DNA of 63,525 nt, filler included, from Phoronis australis (taxonomy: Eukaryota; Animalia; Phoronida), in the NCBI GenBank assembly GCA_002633005.1. It is 7 parts of 7 records of this genome, joined end to end, with 100 filler letters (N's around TTAATTAATTAA, not from the genome) between each part and the next. Parts side by side here need not be neighbours in the genome. Positions count along the whole stretch, not along the records: positions 1 to 18,083 come from NMRA01000447.1; 6 more parts are not named here. One strand, given 5' to 3'. A program made the translations under genes and the position numbers. The notes below the pieces were generated by a model, which saw only the letters and a program-made list of their open reading frames with translations, searched no databases and was not told the DNA's origin. Below are positions 1 to 13,385 of this stretch, one piece after another (position 1 is the first letter of the stretch; the number at the start of each line of letters is the position of its first letter).

Positions 1-3000
1 GAAAAGTAGTCAGGATAATTCGTTAAACGAGGCTGTCTTGCATTTTACTTTTGAAGGCTTCTTGATTAACTGATATCTTCAACAGACAGGACTAACCGAG
101 CTAGGATATCTGTCTAATCAGATAAGCAAGGAGAAATGCAGTGGACTTGGATTGTGTCAAAAGTCGTTGTGGTGAGGTTATGGTGATAGTGGAGTGGTTC
201 TGGTAGGGGTAGTGGTAGGGTTAAGGGAAGAAGACGTGTGAATATGAAAATAGTGTGGTTGAAGTGGCAATGGTTATTGTAGTTATGGTGATCATGGAAA
301 AGGTGAATATGGCGATGGCGGTGTTTTGGGTGCTTGCCAAGTTGTTCCTCTAACACAAAAAGTCCTCGATGGTGATAGGATGGTCCTGATTATGTGGTTG
401 TGTGTGATGGGGAGGTAGTGAGGAGATTCGTGGTGGAAATGGTGGTAAAGCCAATGTGGGCATTGGTGGTGTTTTGGGCTTGGCTGTGTTCTGCCTTTTG
501 CTTAATCACCTCACTCTCACAACTTAGTTCAGCAATTGGTGGGGTGGCAGTGGTGGGAATAGAGGTTGTGGTGCTACGGGTGAGGACATGACGGTGGCGT
601 GGTGGATACGAAGGAGGTGGACGAATTTCATGTAATTTTAAGGGAACGGGGTCAGCTCCTCTAGGAAGGGTCGCTACTCCCTTTCACTGGAGGCTGCCAG
701 TGGAGTACCTGGGAATAGAATAGGTGGTTATGATAGGTCTATACTAAGCGTTGGCGTTGGAAGGAAAGACCATGTCAATGACGTACTTAGCAAAGCGATG
801 CAAGTGAAACGGTCTAGTTAGACCAGCAAAAGAGAACGTCAGACTATTGAATGTCAATTTTCTATTGATCTGCACTTACTCGAAAAAAGATGTGGAAAAC
901 AGAAAATACAGAAAGCCAAACATTGAAACATTTAAATTTTAGATTTACTTTTTGAACAAGCAATCGAGATGTTACGTTAATTATGACTGACTTTCATTTT
1001 ACTTTTGAAAATATCTTCAACAGATAGAGAAAACTGAGCTAGGATATCTGTCTACTCGGATAAGCAAGGGGGAGCACAATGAACTAGGACTTGGATTGTG
1101 TCAAAGGTGGTTGTGTTGAGGTTTTGGTGGTAGTGGAGAGGTTCTGATGGGGGTAGTTGTAAAGTTAAGGGAAGAAGACATGTGAATATAAAAATAGTGG
1201 GGTTTGAGTGGCAATGATGATTGTAGATATGGTGATCATAGAAAAGGTTAATATGGCGATGGTTGTGTTTTGGGTGCTTACCAAGTTGTTCCTCTTTCAC
1301 AAAAACGCCTCGATGGTGGTGGGATGGCCTGATTATGTGGTNAAGTTAGTTTTACTCTTTGAACAAGTAGTCAAGATATTTCGTTAAACGAGTCTGTCTT
1401 GCATTTTACTTTTGAATGGTTCTTGATTAACTGATATCTTCAACAGACAGGGCTATCCGAGCTAGGATATCTGTCTAATCAGATAAGCAAGGAGAAATGC
1501 AGTGGACTTGGATTGTGTCAAAAGTGGTTGTGGTGAGTTTTGGTGGTAGTGGAGTGGTGCTGGTGGGAGAAGTGATGGAGTTACGGGAAGAGGACATGTG
1601 AATATAAAAATAGTGTGGTCTGAGTGGCAATCGTGATTGTAGTTATGGTGATCGTGATGATGGCGATGGGGTGTTTCCGGAGATTGCCAAGTTCTTCCAC
1701 TTTGACATAAACGGTTTGGTGGTGTTGGAATGGTCGTGATGAGGTAGTGCATTGGTTGTGCTCTGGCATTTGCTGAATCCCTTTACCCTCACAACTTAGT
1801 TTAGGAAATGGTCGGTTGTAACTAATGGGGGTAGTGGTGGTGGTGCTAGAAGTAGGACATGATGATGGCGTGGTGGATGTGAGGAAGGTGGACGTGTTCC
1901 AGATAATTTGAAGGGAACGGTGTCAGCTCCTCAAGGAAGGGTCGCTACTCCCTTTCACTGGAGGCTGCCAGTGGAGTGCCTGAAAATAAAATAGGTGGTT
2001 ACGTTAGGTCTATACTAAGTTTTGGGCTTAGAAGGGAAGGCCAAGGGAATGACGTGCTTAGCAAAGCGTTGAAAAGGAAACGGACTAGTTAGATCAGCAA
2101 AAGAGAACTTCAGACGTAATGAGTGTCACTTTTCTATTGATCGGCACTTACTCGAACAAAGATGTGGAAAACAGAAATTACAGGAAGCCAAACTTTGAAA
2201 CATTTAAACATTAGATTTACAGTTTGAACGAGCAATCGATATGTTGCGATAAACAGGACTGGCTTTCATTTTACTTTTGAAAATATCTTCAACAGATAGG
2301 GTTAACTGAGCTAGGATATCTGTCTACTCTGATAAGCAAGGACAATCACAATGAACTAGGATCATGTCAAAAGTGGTCGCGGTGAAGTTGTGGTGGTAGT
2401 GGAGTGGTTGCGGTAGGGTAGGATAGTGTTACGGGAAGGGGACATGATGGTGGTGGGTGTGGTGTAGGTGCAGGGAATTGGGTTAGCTTCTCTAGATAGG
2501 GTCGCTACTCTCCTCACTGGAGGCTGCCAGCAGAGTATCTTGAAGCAATTTATGTGGTCGCCGTAAACCTATATGAGAAGTGGCAGGAAGAGACAAACTG
2601 AAGGAGGCGCTTAGCAATGAACAACTAGAAAGATTATTGTCACGGCGTGACAATAATGGACTCTGCACGTGCGTATTAAAGGAATTGTTATGGGAAGTTA
2701 CTGACAGCAACCCGGTTACCAATATGAAAAGGAATTCTTTAAAATTGTAGGAGAAATTACATGTTAATATTTTGATGACCTTTCCTCTAACTGACCTCTT
2801 CCGGTGCATTATGAACCCCGATGAGGGAATAATTGTAAAACCAATTTAAAGTGTGGTTAATGCTAAGAATCACAGATGTTTTACTTTAAGCACTTAAGAA
2901 TACAACATGAATGAATTGGTCACACTTTCAGAAGAAAAATGCACCTAATGACCCCATGGATGCACCAAATCACCCAAAAATTGAAAATTCAAACTCAATC

Positions 3001-6000
3001 GCATTTAGTAAACAGATTTGTAATTTTGAAGTCACTAGCTCAAAATTTTAATTTTGCACTCAATGACATTTGACCTATTTTTTCTGATTGGTTAGGCCTA
3101 TTGCGTAGTTAGGTAGGTTGTTCAATTGGCATGTTGACTTACACTAGTGTGCTGAAATTGAAAAGAATTCCTTGAAAAACGTAAGATATAACGTTGTGAA
3201 CATATATGACCTTTGCACCAAACGACCTCTTCCGGTGCAATATGGAAAATGATTATATAACCAATCAAAATGTATATACTGTCAAAAGTCATATACTGAA
3301 TTTAAACACCGTACCTGCACCCAATTTGGAGTTATTAAGCCTCAAAGTAGGTCGGAAGAAGAATAAGCAGAAGAATAAAAAGAATAAGAATAAAATTGAA
3401 GAAAACCCAGGAACAACAGTACTCTGCGCTTACACGCGCAGAGTAAGAAATTAAAGAAGGACAAATATTGAAATATTTGAAGTTAAGCTCTACTCTTTGA
3501 ACAAGTAGTCAAGATATTTCGTTAAGCGAGGCGGTCTTGCATTTTTCTTTTGAAGGCTTCTTGATTAACTGATATCTTGAACAGACAGGGGTAACCGGGT
3601 TAGGATATTTATCTAGTCAGATAAGCAAGGAGAAGTGCAATGGACTTGGATTGTCTAAAAGGTGGTTGTGGTGAGGTTTTGGTGGTAGTGGAGTGGTTTT
3701 GGTGGGGGTAGTGGTAGGGTTAAGGGAAGAAGACATGTGAATATAAAAATAATGTGGTTTGAGTGGCAACGATGATTCTAGGTATGGTGATCATGCAAAA
3801 GGTTAATATGGCGATGGCAGTGTTTTGGGTGCTTAACAAGTTGTTCCTCTGTCACAAATAGGCCTCGATGGTGGTGGGGTGGTCCTGCTTATGTGGTTGC
3901 GTGTGATGGGGAGGTAGTGAGGAGATTCGTAGTGGAAATGGTGGTGACGCCAATGTGGTCATTGGTGGTGTTTTGGGCATTGCTTGTGTTCTGGCATTTG
4001 CTGAATCGCCTCACTCTCACAACATAGTTCAGGAATTGGTGGGGTGGCAGTGGTGGGAATAGAGGTGGTGGTGCTACGGGTGAGTACATGATGGTGGCGT
4101 GGTAGATATTAAGGAGGTGGACGTGTTCCATGTAATTTTTTAGGGATCGGTGTCAGCTCCTCTAGGAAGGGTCGCTACTCCCTTTCACTGGAGGCTGCCA
4201 GTGGAGTGCCTGAAAATATAATTGGTGGTAATGATAGGACTATACTAAGCGTTGGCGTTGGAAGGAGAGACCAAGTCAATGACGTACTTAGCAAAGCGGT
4301 GCAAATGCAACGGTCTAGTTACACCAGCAAAAGAGAACGTCAGACTATTGAATGTCAATTTTCTATTGATCTGCACTTACTCGAAAAAAGATGTGAAAAC
4401 AGAAAATACAGAAAGCCAAACATTGAAACATTTAAATTTTAGATTTACTGTTTGAACAAGCAATCGAGATATTAACTTAAACAGGGTGGCTTTCATTTAA
4501 CATTTGAAAATATCTTAAACAGATAGGGATAACTGAGCTAGGATATCTGTCTACTCGGATAAGCAAGGGGGAGCACAACGAACTAGGACTTGGATTGTGT
4601 CAAAGGTGGTTGTGGTGAGGTTTTGGTGGTAGTGGAGAGGTTCTGATGGGGGTAGTGGTAGGGTTAAGGGAAGAAGGCATGTCAATATAAAAATAGAGTG
4701 GTTTGAGTGGCAATGATGATTGTAGTTATGGTGATCATGGAAAAGGTTAATATGGCGATGGTGGTGTTTTGGGTGCTTACACGGTTGTTCCTCTTTCGGA
4801 AAAACGCCTCGATGGTGGTGGGATGGCCTGATTATGTGTTTGTGGGTGATGGAGCTAGTGACGAGATTCGAGGTGGAAATTGTGGTGAAGCCAATGGTGG
4901 TACTCTGGGCATTGGTGGTGTTCTTTACTAAGCGTTGGCGTTGGAAGGACAGCCCAAGTGAATGACGTGCTTAGCAAAGCGTTGAAAAGGAAACAATCTA
5001 GTCAACCCAGCGAAAGAGAACTTCAGACGTATTGAATGTCAATTTTCAATTGATATGCACTAGCTCGCTCGAAAAAAAGATGTGGAAAACAGAAATTACA
5101 GAAAGCCAACTCTGAAACATTGAATTTAAGATTTACTTTTTGAACTAGCAAACGAGATGTTACGTTAATTATGACTGGCTTTCATTTTACTTTTGAAAAT
5201 ATCTTCAACAAACAGGGCTAACTGAGCTAGGATATCTGTCTACTCCGAGAGCAAGGGGAAGCATAATTAACTAGGATCATGTCAAAACAGGTCGCAGTGA
5301 GTTTTTGGTGGTAGTGGAGTGGCTCTGGTGGGGATAGGATGGTGTTAGGGTAAGGGGACATGATGGTGGTGATGGTGAGGTGGTGGGTGTGGTGAAGGTG
5401 GAGGGTATTGGATTAGCTGCTCTAGGTAGGGACGCCACTCCCTTCATTGGAGGCTGCCAGCAGAGTACCTTGAATCAATTTATGTGGTCGTAGTATACCT
5501 ATATGAGGTGTTGCAGGAAGAGACCAAGTGAGGGACGCTCTTAACAATTAACAAAGTTACAGCAGGACAAATATTGAAACATTTGAAGTTAAGGTTTAGT
5601 CTTTTAAAAAGTAGTCAAGATATNCTAAGCGTTGGCGTTGGAAGGACAGCCCAAGTGAATGACGTGCTTAGCAAAGCGTTGAAAAGGAAACAATCTAGTC
5701 AACCCAGCAAAAGAGAACTTCAGACATATTGAATGTCAATTTTCAATTGATATGCACTAGCTCGCTCGAAAAAAAGATGTGGAAAACAGAAATTACAGAA
5801 AGCCAACACTGAAACATTGAATTTAAGATTTACTTTTTGAACTAGCAAACGAGATGTTACGTTAATTATGACTGGCTTTCATTTTACTTTTGAAAATATC
5901 TTCAACAAACAGGGTTAACTGAGCTAGGATATCTGTCAACTCCGAGAGCAAGGGGAAGCATAATTAACTAGGATCATGTCAAAACAGGTCGCAGTGAGTT

Positions 6001-9000
6001 TTTGGTGGTAGTGGAGTGGCTCTGGTGGGGATAGGATGGTGTTAGGGTAAGGGGACATGATGGTGGTGATGGTGAGGTGGTGGGTGTGGTGAAGGTGGAG
6101 GGTATTGGATTAGCTGCTCTAGGTAGGGACGCCACTCCCTTCATTGGAGGCTGCCAGCAGAGTACCTTGAATCAATTTATGTGGTCGTAGTATACCTATA
6201 TGAGGTGTTGCAGGAAGAGACCAAGTGAGGGACGCTCTTAACAATTAACAAAGTTACAGCAGGACAAATATTGAAACATTTGAAGTTAAGGTTTAGTCTT
6301 TTAAAAAGTAGTCAAGATATTTCGTTAATCGAGGCTGTCTTGCATTTTACTTTTGAAGGCTTCTTGATGATATGATATCTTCAACAGACAGGACTAACCG
6401 AGCTAGGGTATTTGTTTAAGCAGATAAGCAAGGAGAAGTACAGTGGACTTGGATTGTGTCAAAAGTGGTTGTGGTGAGGTTTTGGTGGTTGTGGAGTGGT
6501 TCTGGTAGGGGTAGTGGTAGGGCTAAGGGAAGAAGACATGTGAATATAAAAGTAGTGTGGTTTGAGTGGCAATGATGACTGTAGTCATGGTGATCATGGA
6601 AAAGGTGGATGTGTAGATGGTGGAGTTTCGGGTGCTTGAAAAGTTGTTCCTCTTTCACGAAAACGCCTCGATGGTGGTTGGAGGGTCCTGATTATGTGGT
6701 TGTATGTGATGAGGAGGTAGTGAGGAGATTCGTAGCGGAAATGATGGTGACGCCAGTGGTGGTACTTTGGGCATTGGTGGTGTTTTGGGCATTGGTTGTG
6801 TTCTCGCTTTTGCTGAATCACCTCACTCTCACAACTTAGCTTAGGATACGGTGGGGTGGCAGTGATAAATATAGAGGTGGTGGTGCTACGGGTGAGGACA
6901 TGATGGTGGCGTGGTCGATATGAAGGAGGTGGACGTGTTTCATGAAATTTTAAGGGATCGGTGTCAGCTCCTCTAGGAAGGGTCGCTACTCCCTTTCACT
7001 GGAGGCTGCCAGTGGAGTACCTGAAAATAGAATAGGTGGTTATGGTAGGTCTACACAAAGCGTTGGCATTGGAAGGAGGTCCCAAAAGAATGACGTGTTT
7101 AGTGAAGCGGTGCAAATGCAACGGTTTAATTAGACCAGCAAAAGAGAACGTCAGACGTATTGAATGTCAATTTTCCATTGATCTGCACTTACTTGAAAAA
7201 AGATGTGGAAAACAGAATTTAAGGAAAGCAAAAAATTTGAAACATTTAAATTTTTGATTTACTGTTTGAACAAGCAATCGAGATCTTACGTTAAACAGGA
7301 CTGGCATTCATTATACTTTTGAAAATATCTTTAACAGAGAGGGCTGAGTTAGGGTACCTGAATACTCGGATAAGCAAGGGGACGAACAGTGAACTAGGAT
7401 CATGTCGAAAGTGGTCACGGTGAGGTTTTGGTTGTAGTGGAGTGGTTCTGGTGGGGGAAGTGGTGGAGTTACGAGAAAAGGACATGTGAACATAAAAATA
7501 GTGTTGTTGGAGTGGCAATCGTGATTGGAGTTATGGTGATCGTGGGAATGGCGATGGTGGTGTTTGCGGAGCTTGCCAAGTTTTCCAACTTCACAAAAAC
7601 GTTTTGATGGTGGTGTTGGGATGGTCGTGAAGAGGTAGTTTTGTCTGGGGGAGGTACTGATGATATGGGTGTTGGAAATGGTGGTGATACCAATGGTGAT
7701 ACTTTGGGCCATGTTTCTGTTTTGCACAATGGTTGTGATGTGGTATTTCCTTAATGCTTTTACAGTCACAGCATATTTTAGGAACTGGTCGGGTGGAAGT
7801 AGTGAGGGTATTCGTGGTGGTGCTACGGGGGGAGGACATGATGATGGCGTGGTGGAAATTAGGAAGGTGGACTTGTTCCATATAATTTGAAAGGAACGGT
7901 GTCAGCTTCTCTAGGAAAGGTCGCTACTCCCTTTCACTGGAGGCTGCCAGTGGAGTACCTGAAAATAGAATAGGTGCTTATGTTAGGTCTATACTAAGCG
8001 TTGCCGATGGAAGGAGAGCCCAAGTGAATGACGTGCTTAGCAAAGCTTTGAAAAGGAAATGGTCTAGTTAGACCAGCAAAAGGGAACTTTAAACGTATTG
8101 AATGTCAATTTCCTATTGATCTGCACTCACTCAAAAAAGATGTGTAACATAGAAAATACAGAAAGCCAATCATTGAAACTTTTAAATTTTAGATTTACTG
8201 TTTGAACTAGCAATCGAGACGTTAGGTTAGTTATGACTGGCTTTCATTTTACTTTTGAAAGTATCTTCAACAGATAGGGATAATTGAGCCAGGATATCTG
8301 TCTACTCGGATAAGCAAGGGGAAGCACAATGAATTAGGATCATGTCAAAAGTGGTCGCGGTGAGGTTTTGAGGGTAGTGGAGTGGTTCCGGTGGGGGTAG
8401 GATGGTGTCACGGGAAGGAGACATGATGGTGGTGATGGTGAGGTGGTGGGTGTGATGAAGGTGGAGGGAATTGGGTTAGCTTCTCTAGGTAGGGTCACCA
8501 CTCCGTTCACTCAAGACTGCCAGCAGTGTACCATGAAACAATTTATGTCGTCGCGGTAAACCTATATGAGGTGTGGCAGGAAGAGACTAAGTGAGGGACG
8601 CGCTTAGCAATAAACAAAATTACAGAAGGACCAATACTGAAATATTTGAAGTTAAGCTTTACTCTTTGAACAAGTAGTCAAGATATTTCGTTAAGCGAGG
8701 CGGTCTTGCATTTTGCTTTTGAAGGCTTCTTGATTAACTGATATCTTCAACAGACAGGGCTAACCGAGCTAGGATATCTGTCTAATCAGATAAGCAAAGA
8801 AAAGTGCACTGGGCTTGGATTATCTCAAAAGTGGTTGTGGTGAGGTTTTGGTGGTAGTGGAGTGGTTCTGGTGGGGGTAGTGGTAGGGCTAAAGGCAGAA
8901 GACATGTGAATGTAAAANTGGTGGTGGGATGGTCCTGATTATGTGGTTGTGTGTGATGGGGAGGTAGTGAGGAGATTCGTGGTGGAAATAGTGGTGAAGC

Positions 9001-11330
9001 CAATGTGGGCATTGGTGGTGTTTTGGGCATTGGCTCTGTTCTGGCTTTTGCTGAACTACCTCACTCTCACAACTTAGTTCAGGTATTGGTGGGATGGCAG
9101 TGGTGGGAATAGAGGTGGTGGGGCTACGGGGGAGGAAATGATGGTGGCGTGGTCGATATGAAGAAGGTGGACGAGTTTCATGTAATTTTAAGGGAGCAGT
9201 GTCAGCTCCTCTAGGAAGGGTCGCTACTCCCTTTCACTGGAGGCTGTCAGTGGAGTACCTGAGAATAGAATAGGTGGTCATGATAGGTCTATAATAAGCG
9301 TTGGCGTTGGAAGGGAGCCCAAGTGAATGTTGTGCTTAGCAAAGCAGTGCAAATGCAACGGTCTAGTTATTCCAGCAAAAGAGAACTTCAGACGTATTGA
9401 ATGTCAAATTTCGATTGATCTGCACTTACTCGAAAAAGATATTGAAATCAGAAATTACAGAAAGCCAAATATTGAAAGAATTAAATTTTAGATTTAGGGT
9501 TTGAACAAGCAATCGAGATGTTACGTGAAACAGGACTGGCTTTCATTATAGTTTTGAAAATATCTTCAACAGATAGGAATAATTGAGCCAGGATATCTGT
9601 CTACTCGGATAAGCGGGGGGAAGCATAATGAACTAGGATCATGTCAAAAGTGGTCGCGGTGAGGTTTTGGTGGTAGTGGACTGGTTCCAGCGGGGGTAGG
9701 ATGGTGTTACGGGAAGGGAATATGATGGTGCTGATGTTGAGGTGGTGGGTGTGGGGAAGGTGGAGAGAGTGGGGGTAGCTCCTCTAGGTAGGGTCGCCAC
9801 TCCCTTCACTGGAGGCTGCCAGCAGAGTACCTTCAAACAATTTATATGGTCGCGGTAGACCTATATCAGGTGTCGCAGGAACAGACAAGTGAGCGTTGCG
9901 CTTAGTGATTAACAAAATTACAGAAGGACAAATATTGAAATATTTGAAGTTAGCTTTACTCTTTCATCAAGTAGTCAAGATATTTCGTTAAACGAGGCTG
10001 TCTTGCATTTTTCTTTTGAAGGCTTCTTGATTAACTGATATCTTCAACAGACAGGGCTAACCGAGCTAGGATATCTGTCTATTCAGATAAGCAAGGAGAA
10101 ATGCAGTGGAGTTGGATTGTGTCAAAAATGGTAGTGGAGTGGTTCTGGTAGGGGTAGTGGTAGGGTTAAGGGAAGAAGACGTGTGAATATGAAAATAGTG
10201 TGGTTGGAGTGGCAATGCTGATTGTAGTTATGGTGATCTTGGAAAAGGTGAATATGGCGATGGCGGTGTTTTGGGTGCCTGCCAAGTTGTTCCTCTATCA
10301 CAAAAAGTCCTCGATGGTGGTGGGGTAGTCCTGATTATGTGGTTGTGTGTGATGGGGAGGTAGTGAGGAGATTCGTGGTGGAAATAGTGGTGAAGCCAAT
10401 GTGGGCATTGGTGGTGTTTTGGGCATTAGTTGTGTTCTGGCATTTGCTGAATCATCTAACTCTCACAACTTAGTTCAGGTATTGGTGGGATGGCAGTGGT
10501 GGGAATAGAGGTGGTGGTGCTACGGGGGAGGACATGATGGTGGCGTGGTGGATATGAAGAAGGTGGAAGAGTTTCATGTAATTTTAAGGGATCGGTGTCA
10601 GCTCCTCTAGGAAGGGTCGCTACTCCCTTTCACTGGAGGCTGCCAGTGGAGTGCCTGAAAATAGAATTGGTGGTAATGATAGGTCTATACTAAGCGTTGG
10701 CGTTGGAAGGAGAGACCAAGTCAATGACGTACTTTGCAAAGCGGTGCAAATGCAACGGTCTAGTTAGACCAGCAAAAGAGAATGTCAGACTATTGAATGT
10801 CAATTTTCTATTGATCTGCACTTACTCCAAAAAGATGTGGAAAACAGAAAATATAGAAAGCCAAACATTGAAACATTTAAATTTTAGATTTATTGTTTGA
10901 ACAAGCAATCGAGATATTACCTTAAACAGGATGGCTTTCATTTTACTTTTGAACATATCTTCAACAGATAGGGATAACTGAGCTAGGATATCTGTCTACG
11001 CGGATAAGCAAGGGGGAGCACAATGAACTAGGACTATGTCGAAAGTGGTTGTGGTGAGGTTTTTGTGGTAGTGGAGTGGTTCCTGTGGGGGTAGGATGGT
11101 GTTACGGGAAGGGGACATGATGGTGGTGATGGTGAGATGGTGGGCGTGGTGAAGGTGGAGAGAACTGGGTTAGCTCCTCTAGGTAGGTTCGCCACTCCGT
11201 TCACTGGACGCTGCCAGCAGAGTACCTTGAAACAATTTACTTTATCGCGGCAGTGCTTTACGAGGTGTTGCAGGGAGAGACCAAGTGAGGGACGTTCTTA
11301 TCAATTACACAATTACAGAAGGACAAAACA
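1..11330. repeat. Complex higher-order satellite array with long and short subunits (~1.4 kb dimer)
   Basis: The core CCCTT(T)CACTGGAGGCTGCCAG recurs at about 680, 1951, 2511, 4181, 5441, 6139, 6991, 7929, 8501, 9230, 9802, 10625 and 11197. Spacings are ~572 (long to short), ~825-850 (short to long) and ~938 bp (long to long). The motif GATATCTTCAACAGA..GAGCTAGGATATCTGTCT also recurs, and the + strand is GGT-rich. Confidence 0.95.
2623..3449. mobile_element. Non-autonomous Helentron-type element (HINE/DINE-1-like) inserted into the satellite
   Basis: It splits the satellite motif AACAA|AATTA(C/A)AGAAGGAC. Left hairpin ATTATTGTCAC/GTGACAATAAT (2633-2657). Subterminal inverted repeat ACTCTGCACGTG (2660-2671) vs CACGCGCAGAGT (~3433-3444). 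Right hairpin TACTCTGCGC/GCGCAGAGTA (3420-3445). AAGAAT-type microsatellite near the right end; A-rich insertion site with no TSD. Confidence 0.7.
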
Positions 11331-12555
11331 TGGAAATAATTGTCTCCAAAATATCCAGATATAGAGCTCAATGTACGTGCTTTCAGCTCGAAGTTGTGGA
11401 GAGGCAATATTTTGCGGTGCAGCACACGCTTTGTCTTGTTTATAAACTAACATGACCTGTGGCTTGAGTGAATTATTACGAAACAGGAAAATTGTGAAGG
11501 AGATGAGGTTGAGGGTGAAGTCAGTTGACAAGGCATGTGCTAGTGATTTGTTGATTCATTTTCCAACATGACTAACTTTTTGACAATGTGTTTCTGTATC
11601 ACAACAGCGCGTTGGTCATCAGAAATTGCAAATACTAATAGTTCTTTGCCAAATAATACTAGTCATAGTCTTCATGAAGTGCTTAGAAGTCCCCGCAACA
11701 AAATGAGGACACATTATACAAATGAGTGAGTAATTAGCGATATGAATTCCCACGGTTCAAAAACCAAACCCCACGTTGAGTTCAACAAATGAAAAAGATC
11801 AAAAAGATACGGAAGATTCGTGAAATATCGGGCAAAAAATCAGCGCATACAAAGCACTTGATGTTCGATTAAACGCGTCAGTTTGAGGACACAATTTATT
11901 CCCCTGGAAAGAAAAAAACATTGTTATTCAAGGATACAATCAAATCGGCACGACGATCGGAACACAATACCCTGTATTTTTCAGATACATTTTCAAACTG
12001 TTATAAAGCCACATTGCTTCATGAAATTGGTCTCAAATTAATTGAAGTAGGTGTGGTGTTGGGGCTTGCGAAAGAACTGACAACTCCATATTGCTTGAGA
12101 TTAAATTCTACAGTTCGATTTGTCAATAAGTATAATTTTTATTCCCGACCACGGAACCGATAATGACGAACTGTCACTTCTTTGAAAGACCAAGACCACT
12201 TATCATATCAGTAAGGAACAAGTTGAGACCAATTTTACAGTGGTTCTATTGATCGAAATCAAAAGTTAGCTTCTTCAGCGAAACTCAAGTTTATTGTCGT
12301 TCTAATAAGCTAAGTTTGGTGTTTAAAAAAACAATATCGGTATAATTCGATCTGAAGTTTTACAATATAATTCAATTTTAATTTAAATGTATTTGAGTAA
12401 AAAGCTATTTCCAAATTAACATGCTCTATCGCTGACCAACGAAGTACGTCTCACTCATATAATGGCTTCAAAAGTAAACACTCCGGTCATCAATACAGGT
12501 AATTCTAAAACGCTGAAAATCGTAAATTCAGTCAAACTGCAGATAATCCTGAATA

Positions 12556-13216
12556 CAAGCCACCTCGCTTAACTCTTCATCGCATAATTCGTCCGTCTGT
12601 AGAAGTCATCGCATGTTCTTGGTTCCTTTTACACGCTTATCACGCTTATTTATTAACATGTACATGTTCACGGTTAAGTACACGTGTTTAAGTGGTCGTG
12701 TTCGCTTAACTCGTGTCTCAAAAGCGAGAATATCCGACATTAATATGCAAACACTTTCAGGTAAGTTGTCACCAATTGACTTGTGTTGTCATGCTTATTT
12801 TCAACAAATATGATCGTGAGAGTTTAAGCTCATGCAAAGTAGCGCTGGCAACAAGAGATGTTGCAACGAACTGTCAAACTTCACTCCTATGAAAATAAAA
12901 TATCAAAGATTAAACTCGATAGTTCTAACCCAGTCTCTAAAGAATGTTTAGTAGTTAAGCTGCCATTTACAATGAAACTATTTGATATATAAATAATGAC
13001 GAAAACGACCTTTATCTGAATTTATCAAACTACACTTGCTAATCATTAGAAATCGATGATGTAGAAATTGATATACCCGACCATCATCGCAATATCAGTA
13101 AGTACAAGTATATCACACTTACGTCGTCAAAACGAAGACTGAAATATGAGTCGTCACTCTTATAAGTCGTCGCATTTTCGCGGTGCTAAAGGGGACGAGT
13201 TAAGCGAGGTCGCTGG
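12556..13216. mobile_element. Tc1/mariner-pogo-type MITE
   Basis: TIRs CAAGCCACCTCGCTTAACTC and GAGTTAAGCGAGGTCGCTGG (18/20 match) are flanked by TA on both sides (12554-55, 13217-18). No ORF inside. Confidence 0.75.
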
Positions 13217-13356
13217 TATCCCTTTCAACCACAACAAGCAAAATAATGTTCATTGTAAGAGTTGCTTTTGAAGTGGCTCCCTCTTCTAGTATTTTTTAAA
13301 TACATTTATCATCAAAATGCAATATTACAATGTATGTAACAATGAACACATACGTA

Positions 13357-13385
13357 CACGCACGCACGCACGCACGCACTCACTC
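13357..13385. repeat. (GCAC)n microsatellite
   Basis: Directly visible CACGCACGCACG... run. Confidence 0.85.

Noticed and set aside
4927-6320. Near-identical ~700-bp tandem duplication inside the satellite
   Set aside because: The copies are separated by a single N and differ by only a few SNPs; probably a haplotype/contig overlap artefact.
114-11364. Many His-rich or Val-rich short ORFs in the satellite
   Set aside because: They are translations of GGT/ACC-rich repeats; frames and stops are not conserved between units.
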